Shown here: one piece after another, positions 19,201-26,021 of the stretch
How the letters are laid out: each line of letters begins with the position of its first letter
How positions within the stretch are numbered: the first letter of the stretch is position 1
Assembly (NCBI GenBank): GCA_963806035.1
Contig: CAWDWO010000030.1
Coordinates: 1-64,000 of the forward strand
Length of the DNA stretch: 64,000 nt
Source of the DNA: Candidatus Krumholzibacteriota bacterium
GTDB lineage: Bacteria; Krumholzibacteriota; Krumholzibacteriia; JAJRXK01
Direction: 5' to 3'
Position numbers and translations under genes: made by a program
Notes under the pieces: model-generated
Told to the model about the DNA's origin: nothing
The model's database searches: none
The model's input: the letters and a program-made list of their open reading frames with translations, nothing else

Positions 19201-19603
19201 ACCCTTCGTGGTGCTCACGAACGAGTTTGCCGGCTCCGACGGGGACATCTTCCCTCAGGCCGTGCAGCTGGAGAAGTTGGCTCCGGTCATCGGCGAACGC
19301 TCGTGGGGCGGGGTGATCGGCATGAACAGCCTGCGGCCTCTGGTCGACGGGGGCGTGGTGACCATGTCGCAGACCGCCTGGTGGGATCCGCGTGACGGCT
19401 GGAGCCTGGAGAACCGCGGGGTGATTCCCGACATCGAGGTGCAGAACATGCCGCAGGATTTGGCCCGTGGCGTGGACACCCAGCTCGATCGCGGCATCCA
19501 GGAAGTGATGAAGCTGCACGAGGAGCATCCGCCGGCGAAGCCACAGTTCGGGCCCATTCCCGGACGCGACCGCAAGGACTTCCAAAAGGAGCTCACGAAC
19601 TGA
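16280..19603 (+). CDS. Exported tricorn-like S41 protease
   Basis: Signal peptide; PD40 propeller repeats; WKRYRGG; PDZ domain; GYIHIPDM; catalytic AGSDGD; Lys/Asp-rich insert. Confidence 0.95.
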   Translation: MRPRSRVLGMLALLLLGILASGSARAATEYIQTSDIHGDEIVFMAEGDLWLASTSGGTPQRLTTHLGSEYFPAFSPDGKQIAFTGSYDGNSDVFVIPTTGGEPQRLTWHPGSDQVVGWWPDGSKVIFRSSRSDPNHTSHLFTVDLKGGDPVELPLGWAARIDVDPKTGMYAFDRSTREWATWKRYRGGTASNLWVGDPNKSDYKQITNFAGMDLFPMWHDGLIYFLSDQGGTANIWSIKPDGTDRKRHTDFGKWDARWPAMGPDGRIVFTLAGDLHIFDPATDKTQKVELNLPSDRKLTRTRYPNAEKNMTEFALAPDGERVAVVTRGEIFSVPVKEGVTLPITRGTGSRERGMSYGPKGEKILYITDEPHEDEFRMVDAWGRGEPTVVKKAGTKTWHRRPLMSPDGKWIAWADNTFTLFVKPVDGGTPQKVDHSELFEIGNYSWSPDGRWLAYDKLLPNQYTSVYIYDTKENKTHEITGPTTTDYSPTWDPDGRYLYFISDRATNPLIGENDYIDVEFKNDMLYMVLLRKDVKDPMANLNGLPPDEDKGDKDKKDDKGKKDEKKKDDGDKDKIEPVKIDFDGLAERFVELPVERGNYYDLSATSKNLFFVSRPRKGMAESGGFFSNPEPTDVLMSFSLKDKEADTFVDGIMAYDLNAKADKLAFMKRKGSLYVVDTGSAPKDLSKAKVDLSGLVVELDPREEWSQMYYEAWRQMRDFYWDRNMGGVDWEAKRDQYASLLPKLSNRGDLSDLIGQLYGEMATSHTYVWGGDSGVKLPHVSTGMLGADLAREGKAYKVTRIYRADDADRVRSPLLEPGVNVTEGDYILAVNRKPFDGQHSFYASMEELAGKSVQLTVNDKPTMDGAREVTVVPMGSESDLRYADWVRHNREYVAKKTDGKIGYIHIPDMGTDGMIEFNTWFYPQLDKEGMVVDVRWNGGGSVSQIILDRLRRHVLSFDRNWGGGIWTYPDKVLNGPFVVLTNEFAGSDGDIFPQAVQLEKLAPVIGERSWGGVIGMNSLRPLVDGGVVTMSQTAWWDPRDGWSLENRGVIPDIEVQNMPQDLARGVDTQLDRGIQEVMKLHEEHPPAKPQFGPIPGRDRKDFQKELTN

Positions 19604-19678
19604 GTCGAGTCATCGATACCCGCGCTGGGTGTTGCCTGCGATCGAGGCGCATCATGCAGCGGGGAGGCAGAAGCAAGC

Positions 19679-19712
19679 AGCCCCCTGGCCTTGGGCCGGG
19701 GGGCTTTGCTTT
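19679..19712 (+). terminator. Intrinsic terminator
   Basis: AGCCCCCTGGCC-TTG-GGCCGGGGGGCT followed by TTGCTTT. Confidence 0.7.
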
Positions 19713-19809
19713 CTGAGTGAATTTCGGACAAACCAGTCCTGGAACTCTCCATAACTTGACGAGTAACAAAAGAGCCAACCAGTACATTTCAATCCGGAGG
19801 TACATCCTC

Positions 19810-20331
19810 ATGAGGATTGCGGCCCTCGCCACCCTCTTGATGTGTCTCCCCCTGACCCTCTGGCCGGGTGTGGCCAGCGCGCGCAGCGTCAATTCCCATG
19901 CAGGCTCAGCCGCTGCGCACCATACCGCTCCCTCCTTTCGCTTGCCAGCGGAGGGGGGGACCGTCGATTCGGATTCCCTGCGGGGTCACCCCGTGCTCGT
20001 CGACTTCTGGGCCTCATGGTGTGGACCTTGTGCTGAGTCCTTCCCGTGGCTGAAGTCCGTGCAGGAGCGCTACGCGGACAAAGGCCTCAAGGTCGTCGCC
20101 ATCAATTTGGACAAGAAGCGCGAGGCCGCCGAAGACTTCCTCTTGAAGCACGAGGCGCCCTTCACCGTGGCCTTCGACCCGGAGGGAAAGACCGCCGAGG
20201 CCTTCCAAGTGCAGAGCATGCCCTCGAGCTTTCTGCTCGCTCCCGACGGGACGATTCTCTACACGAAGCACGGTTTTCGAGCGGATCACACTGAGGAGAT
20301 CGAGGCCAAGATCGAGGAGGTCTGCCAATGA
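19810..20331 (+). CDS. Exported TlpA-family thiol-disulfide oxidoreductase
   Basis: GGAGG RBS; signal peptide; VDFWASWCGPC motif. Confidence 0.9.
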   Translation: MRIAALATLLMCLPLTLWPGVASARSVNSHAGSAAAHHTAPSFRLPAEGGTVDSDSLRGHPVLVDFWASWCGPCAESFPWLKSVQERYADKGLKVVAINLDKKREAAEDFLLKHEAPFTVAFDPEGKTAEAFQVQSMPSSFLLAPDGTILYTKHGFRADHTEEIEAKIEEVCQ

Positions 20332-20567
20332 TGCGGCGTCTTCTTCGAGCTGTAGTCGGCCTGGCCTTCGTCCTCGGATTGGGGGGAGCGGTCAGTGGAT
20401 GCGCCTCCATGCAAGTGAAGCCCTGGGATCGTGACCTCTTGGCCGAACCGCAGATGAGCTTCAATCCCGAACCCATGCTGAGCGCGCTGGACGAGCACAT
20501 CTACTTCAGCAAGGAGGGCTCCCTGGGAGGCCAAGATGCGTCCGGAGGAGGCTGCGGATGCAACTAG
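20328..20567 (+). CDS. DUF4266-family small lipoprotein
   Basis: Lipobox VSGC; VKPWDRDLLA; C-terminal GGGCGCN. Confidence 0.9.
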   Translation: MMRRLLRAVVGLAFVLGLGGAVSGCASMQVKPWDRDLLAEPQMSFNPEPMLSALDEHIYFSKEGSLGGQDASGGGCGCN

Positions 20568-21820
20568 ATTCCCCCAAGAAACTCCCCTCGATTCGCGGAA
20601 AACTGGGAATGGCGGCGTGCCTGCTGCTGGCGTCGAGTCCCGCCAAGGCGCAAGTCAAGGCTCCGCTGCGCTGGCAGCTGGACATGTCGGGGCTGTTCTA
20701 CGGCGAGCAGAGTCGCACGCGTGTCGTCGAACCCACGGCGCGCATCACCCGCCTCTTTCCCGACGGGCAGACTCTGTCCGCCACCATCGCTCTGGATGCC
20801 ATCACCGGAGCCTCGCCGACCGGGGGGATTGCCTCGACCAAAGTCATCACCACCACGACGGCGTCGGGGCGCTTGCAGAGGCAAGAGGTAGGCACCATTC
20901 CCACGAGCGACTTCCACGACACCCGCGGTGCGCTCGATCTGAACTGGACCAAGCCCACCGGTGGATGGCTCACCACTTCATTGGGTACGCATCTTTCGAG
21001 CGAGAAGGACTATCGTTCACTGGGGGCGCACGGAAAACTCTCGGTTGCGTTCATGCATCGCCTGAGCACAGTGACTCTGGGCGGCGGTTACAATGCGGAT
21101 GGCATTACTCCGGTCGGTGGCACGCGCGCGCCCTTGACGGATGGCACGGAGATCATCGACAACGGAACACGGGCCAAGCACGTCACCACCATGCTCGCGG
21201 GTCTCTCCCGCGTGTTGACCCGCCGCTGGATGGTGGCGGTCGATTACTCACGAACCAACGAGCGGGGTTACCTTACCGACCCCTACAAGATCGTGAGCAC
21301 CGTCGATTCTCAGACCGGCGATCCGGTCTCGCAGCTCACCGAAAACCGGCCGTCCACGCGCAAGCGGCAAGACGTGCTCGTGAGTTCCGTCTACCACTTC
21401 GATCGCGGCCTCCTCTATCTCTCCGATCGAGTGTACTGGGACGACTGGGGCATTCACTCGAACATGATCGACTTCAAGTACCGGCACCCGCTGAAGCATG
21501 AAGCCTTCGTGGAGCCCCACATGAGGTTCTATTTTCAGGGTCGCGCCAATTTCTTTCACTACTCCCTCATCGATGGGGAGTCCTCGCCACAGTATGTCTC
21601 GGCGGACTACCGCCTGGGGGCGCTGCGGACTCTCACCCTGGGTCTGACCTATGGTTTTCACCTGCAGAACACTCCGGGTTCCTGGAGCGTCCGCGGCGAG
21701 TACATGCGGCAGTGGGGCGATGGATTTCCGGCCGATGCCATCGGGAAGCAGCAGAACATCAATCTCGCTCCTCCGGTCAACATCGGCTCCGTTGCTGTCA
21801 CCTACAGCTTGCAGTTCTGA
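20558..21820 (+). CDS. DUF3570-family outer-membrane beta-barrel with flavinylation motif
   Basis: DAITGAS; GYLTDPYK; YWDDWGI; SADYRL; C-terminal Phe; located between DUF4266 and apbE. Confidence 0.85.
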   Translation: MQLDSPKKLPSIRGKLGMAACLLLASSPAKAQVKAPLRWQLDMSGLFYGEQSRTRVVEPTARITRLFPDGQTLSATIALDAITGASPTGGIASTKVITTTTASGRLQRQEVGTIPTSDFHDTRGALDLNWTKPTGGWLTTSLGTHLSSEKDYRSLGAHGKLSVAFMHRLSTVTLGGGYNADGITPVGGTRAPLTDGTEIIDNGTRAKHVTTMLAGLSRVLTRRWMVAVDYSRTNERGYLTDPYKIVSTVDSQTGDPVSQLTENRPSTRKRQDVLVSSVYHFDRGLLYLSDRVYWDDWGIHSNMIDFKYRHPLKHEAFVEPHMRFYFQGRANFFHYSLIDGESSPQYVSADYRLGALRTLTLGLTYGFHLQNTPGSWSVRGEYMRQWGDGFPADAIGKQQNINLAPPVNIGSVAVTYSLQF

Positions 21821-21829
21821 GGAGGGAGC

Positions 21830-22753
21830 GTGCAACGACTGCGTGCACAATCCGGAGTACCCGAAGCGATCCCGGTGGCAATGGCTGAGGTGGAGGATTG
21901 CCACCTGGGACGCTTCGAGGCCATGGCCAGTCCCTGCAGCGTTCTAGTCAACGGTGGAGACGCGGGTGAAGCGGAAGAGCTCACCCGCGTCGCGGCCAAA
22001 GAAGCACTGCGCATCGAACGCGCCTTCAGCCGCTATCGCAGCGACAACATCGTCCACCGTATCAACCATTCCGAGGGGCGGCCGGTGCCAGTCGACGAGG
22101 AGACCGCGAAGCTTCTCGACTACGCGGCCACCTGCCACGAAATTTCCGGCGGTCTTTTCGACATCACTTCGGGAGTGCTGCGCAAGGTGTGGACTTTCGA
22201 CGGTAGCACGCGAGTCCCTTCGCCGGAGGCAGTCCGCGCTGTCCTGGCCTTCGTGGGTTGGCAAAGGGTGGAATACGACGGCAGCAGCATCCGTTTGCCG
22301 GCCGGCATGCAGATCGATTTTGGCGGGATCGGCAAGGAGTATGCCGTCGATCGAGCCGCGGCTCTACTCGCCGAGAAAACCGAGCGAGCATTTCTCGTGA
22401 ACTTCGGCGGTGATTTGTACGCGAGCGGCGAGCGGGTGGGGGGACAGTCCTGGGGAGTGGGCATCGATGATCCCGCGCGCACCGGGGATGCAGTGCTCTA
22501 TCGCGTCGAGTTGCGTGGCGGCGGACTGGCGACCAGCGGCGACGCCCGGCGTTTCGTGATGCACGAGGGCCGGCGCCTGGGGCACATCCTCGATCCGCGG
22601 AGCGGCTGGCCGGTAGAAGGCGCACCGCGGGCCATCACCGTGATCGCCTCGACCTGCCTCGAGGCGGGCACTCTCTCCACTCTCGCTTATCTGCAAGGCA
22701 GCGCGGCAGAAAGTTTTCTCGAGGCACAAAAAGTACAGTACCAACTGATCTGA
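21830..22753 (+). CDS. apbE: FAD:protein FMN transferase
   Basis: FSRYRSD, GLFDIT, IDFGGIGKEYAVD, NFGGD, LATSGD and HILDPRSG motifs. Confidence 0.95.
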   Translation: MQRLRAQSGVPEAIPVAMAEVEDCHLGRFEAMASPCSVLVNGGDAGEAEELTRVAAKEALRIERAFSRYRSDNIVHRINHSEGRPVPVDEETAKLLDYAATCHEISGGLFDITSGVLRKVWTFDGSTRVPSPEAVRAVLAFVGWQRVEYDGSSIRLPAGMQIDFGGIGKEYAVDRAAALLAEKTERAFLVNFGGDLYASGERVGGQSWGVGIDDPARTGDAVLYRVELRGGGLATSGDARRFVMHEGRRLGHILDPRSGWPVEGAPRAITVIASTCLEAGTLSTLAYLQGSAAESFLEAQKVQYQLI

Positions 22754-22778
22754 AACACTGCTTCCTGGCGCGGGAAAT

Positions 22779-22808
22779 TTGACGCCCGCCTTGTCCTCCC
22801 CTTATGGT
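22779..22808 (+). promoter_or_regulatory. Candidate sigma70 promoter for 22890
   Basis: TTGACG-N18-TATGGT. Confidence 0.4.
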
Positions 22809-22889
22809 CGGTGACCCGAGAACGATCCACGATGGTTCTCGAGATCGTTTTGCAACATTCCTTTCACGATAGCAGCCGGAGTTTGAGCT

Positions 22890-23597
22890 ATGTCCAACTT
22901 GAAAAAGTACCCCTTTCACTTCCTTTGTCTCCTCACTTGTCTCGTGTTTTTTGCGAGCGTGTCGAGTTTCAGCGCGGCCCAGGCCGTCGAAGTCGTCACC
23001 CTGCATTCAGGAAACGCCGCGCCGGGGAATCCCGACCCACTGGTGCGCGTAGCGGTGGGGAGTTCGAGTACCTATTACTCGCCCTTTCCCTTTACCACGG
23101 TGGACTTCGCCGCTGCTTGTGAGGGAAGCAACGCGGTGGTCGTCAGTCCTTATGCGGGTTGGGTGAGTGGACTCAACTGCGATCCTGAGGCGCAGTGGAT
23201 CGGCATCAACTCCTCGCTCTCGCCGGCCTCGGCTCTCTACTGCCAGTCGTTCGACATTCAGAGCTGTTGCTTCGAATCGGCGTCGCTCACCTTCTGCTGG
23301 GCCGCGGACGACCGACTCGCGGACGCAAGCGGCTACGGACCCAACGTGGATGGCGTCTATCTCAACGGCGTCGCGGTCAGCCCCAGTATCAACGGAGGCA
23401 TCTTCAACAGCGAGAGCACGGTGGGACCCATCGACGTGTCGGGGCTCGTACAATGCGGGACCAACGAGCTGCAGGTTTACAACCGGGACACTTCGGCCAC
23501 CGCGAGCGGCGTGATCTACAGCGCGACGCTGGAAATCGTTCCCTGTGTGGTGCCCAACGAATCCCAGACCTTCGGCACCATCAAGTCACAGTATTGA
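22890..23597 (+). CDS. Secreted beta-sandwich protein with C-terminal TFGTIKSQY tail
   Basis: Signal peptide ending in AQA; AQWIG...AADD...VYLNG...GTNEL pattern; Cys-rich. Confidence 0.7.
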   Translation: MSNLKKYPFHFLCLLTCLVFFASVSSFSAAQAVEVVTLHSGNAAPGNPDPLVRVAVGSSSTYYSPFPFTTVDFAAACEGSNAVVVSPYAGWVSGLNCDPEAQWIGINSSLSPASALYCQSFDIQSCCFESASLTFCWAADDRLADASGYGPNVDGVYLNGVAVSPSINGGIFNSESTVGPIDVSGLVQCGTNELQVYNRDTSATASGVIYSATLEIVPCVVPNESQTFGTIKSQY

Positions 23598-23754
23598 AAA
23601 GCTTGTGCTGAACGCTCCACATTCGCTCCGGCCGTCAAGCTCTTGGGCCTGGCGGTCGGAGGACGCTCCATCGTGGCGGCGCCACTTGGACGGAGTATCC
23701 TATTAAAGATTGGGGACCCCCCTGTAGAGGCATGAAGCCTCGAGAAGGAAAGCC

Positions 23755-24324
23755 ATGAGACTTCGCAGACGATGGATCTTTGGGCTGGCAATCGCGCTCT
23801 TTTCCGCAGGGTTCGTATCTGCCTGCAAGAACGACACCCCGACCGCCAGCAGTGACGAGCCCGTCATGGCGGCCAATTTTTCGCTCGAGGACGTGAATGA
23901 CAGCTCGATGACTTTCGGAGAGGCGATTTCTCCGCGCGATTATCTGGGCAGTATCTCCGCCTGGTACTTTGGGCACTCCACCTGAGGCTACTGCCGAAGC
24001 CAGTTTGGCTTGATGGACAGCCTGCAGACCGAGATCGACAAGTTGGGATGGGCGAAAGAGGTACACTTCCTGGGCGTCAACGACAAGGATCAGTCCGCGG
24101 GCAATTATCTCATCCCCCTCATCGCGCACCTTCCCTGGCTACAGGACGATGCCACCCAGCACGTGTGGCAGTCCTGGAACGCCAACTGGCGCGATATCAT
24201 GATCCTCGATCAGAACAACACGCCAGTGGCGAGGTTCAACGTCACAACCTACAACCTGACCAATCCCGCGAACTTTGATTCCCTGAAAACCTTGCTCGAG
24301 TCCTTCGCAAACCCGGCACGATGA
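23755..24324 (+). CDS. Selenocysteine-containing redoxin (AhpC/TSA-like, thioredoxin fold) lipoprotein, UxxC
   Basis: ORFs 23755-23985 and 24010-24324 are in one frame. TGA at 23983-23985 gives HST-U-GYC. Lipobox VSAC; AAGGA RBS; 189 aa in total. Confidence 0.85.
23991..24020 (+). promoter_or_regulatory. Candidate bacterial SECIS element
   Basis: AAGCCA-GTT-TGGCTT hairpin begins 11 nt after the TGA, with G first in the loop. Lower stem CTGCC/GG(A)CAG. Confidence 0.65.
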
Positions 24325-26021
24325 ACACCTGCGACTTGGTCCTCAAGATGCTGGTGGCCGCCGGAGTGAAGGAAGTCTTCGGAATCCCGGGTGATGCCAT
24401 CAACGCGCTGGTGGAATCGCTGCGCAAGGAAAAGGCGCTGCGATTCATCCAAGTGCGTCACGAAGAGGCAGGCGCTCTGGCGGCATCGGCACAGGCCAAG
24501 CTCGGCCGTGTGCCAGGAGTGTGCGTGGGCACGGCGGGACCGGGTGCGATCCACCTGATGAACGGGCTCTACGACGCGGCAAAGGATGGCGCACCGGTGC
24601 TCGCCATCACCGGACAGGTCCCCACGTTTCAGCTCGGAACCTCCTCGCATCAGGAGGTGGATCTCAACCAGCTCTTTGACGACGTCTGCATCTTCAACGA
24701 GGTCGTGGATTCTGCCGACCAGGCGCGCGAGGTGGTGGGACAGGCCCTGCTCAGCGCTGTCGAGCGCGGGGGAGTGGCACACGTCAACCTGCCCGAGGAC
24801 GTCGCCAAGGCCAGTGTCAGCGGTGAGCCGGTGATCGGTGCCCTACCGGCCGGCCCCAGTGACTTGATGCCGGCGGAGGAAGATCTACAAAGCGCGGCGG
24901 AAATTCTGCGCGGGGCAAAGACGCCGGTAATCCTGGCCGGCATTGGCTGCCGCGGCGCCGAAGAACCCTTGGTGGAGCTCGCGCGCCGTTTGGGCGCACC
25001 CATCATCCAGACTCTCAGGGCCAAGGATCTTTTGCCCGACGGCCATCCTTACAGCGTGGGTGGATTGGGTTTGCTGGGGGGGCGGCCTGGCATCGAGGCC
25101 ATGAACCGCGCCGACGTGCTGCTGATGGCGGGAACCGACTTTCCCTACCGCGAATTCTATCCCGATTCCAAAAAGCTCAAGACGGTGCAGATCGACCTCA
25201 GGGCGGAGCACATCGGGCGGCGGACTCCGGTGCACGCGGCCCTGGCGGGTCATGCCCGTCCCACGCTTCAGGCCCTGCTCCAGCGCTTGCCGCAGCGAGA
25301 GCACCCCGAACCCTGTGTGGACGAGGGATTGAAGGTGCGCCTCTGGCGAAGCTGGATGGAGCGCCAGGAACAGGACGAGAGCAGCCCCATCAAGCCGCAG
25401 GCTTTGGCCCGCATGGTGGGCGAGCTGGCACCGGACGGCACGATCTTCAGCTGCGATACCGGTGAGGTCACCGCATGGTGCGCGCGGCACTTGCCGCTGC
25501 GCGAAGGCCAGCGCTTCACCCTCTCGGCCAATCTCGCTTCCATGGCCTTTGCTCTGCCCGGAGCCATCGGCGCCCAGCTGGCATGGCCCTCACGGCCGGT
25601 CGTCGCTCTCTGTGGCGATGGCGGTCTTTCCATGCTCCTGGGCGAGTTTCTCACCGCGGTGAAGTACGAACTCCCGCTGACCGCGGTGGTCTTCGACAAC
25701 GGCAAGCTGGGACTGATCGAAGTGGAGCAGCAGGTCTCGGGCTTTCTTCCCTCGGAAACGGATCTTCCTCCGCTCGATTACGGAGCCTTCGCGCGTCTCT
25801 GCGGAGGAGAAGGGGTTCGCGTCACGAAATTCACGGAACTCAGAACTGCGCTCGAGGAAGCGTTCGCCAGCAAACGTCCGTGGATCGTCGACGTCTGTAT
25901 CGATCCCGACGAAATGCTGTTCCCGCCGCGCGTGGATCTCGGCGAGGCCTTTGGGTTTGGCCTTTCGAAGCTGCGCGGCCTTTTCGAACAACTGGGCGAC
26001 AGTATCAGCCCTTCTTCGTGA
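24321..26021 (+). CDS. poxB: TPP-dependent pyruvate oxidase/dehydrogenase (PoxB-like)
   Basis: FGIPGDAIN, RHEEAGA, GTAGPGAIHLMNGLYDA and GDGG...FDNG TPP motifs. Confidence 0.88.
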   Translation: MNTCDLVLKMLVAAGVKEVFGIPGDAINALVESLRKEKALRFIQVRHEEAGALAASAQAKLGRVPGVCVGTAGPGAIHLMNGLYDAAKDGAPVLAITGQVPTFQLGTSSHQEVDLNQLFDDVCIFNEVVDSADQAREVVGQALLSAVERGGVAHVNLPEDVAKASVSGEPVIGALPAGPSDLMPAEEDLQSAAEILRGAKTPVILAGIGCRGAEEPLVELARRLGAPIIQTLRAKDLLPDGHPYSVGGLGLLGGRPGIEAMNRADVLLMAGTDFPYREFYPDSKKLKTVQIDLRAEHIGRRTPVHAALAGHARPTLQALLQRLPQREHPEPCVDEGLKVRLWRSWMERQEQDESSPIKPQALARMVGELAPDGTIFSCDTGEVTAWCARHLPLREGQRFTLSANLASMAFALPGAIGAQLAWPSRPVVALCGDGGLSMLLGEFLTAVKYELPLTAVVFDNGKLGLIEVEQQVSGFLPSETDLPPLDYGAFARLCGGEGVRVTKFTELRTALEEAFASKRPWIVDVCIDPDEMLFPPRVDLGEAFGFGLSKLRGLFEQLGDSISPSS

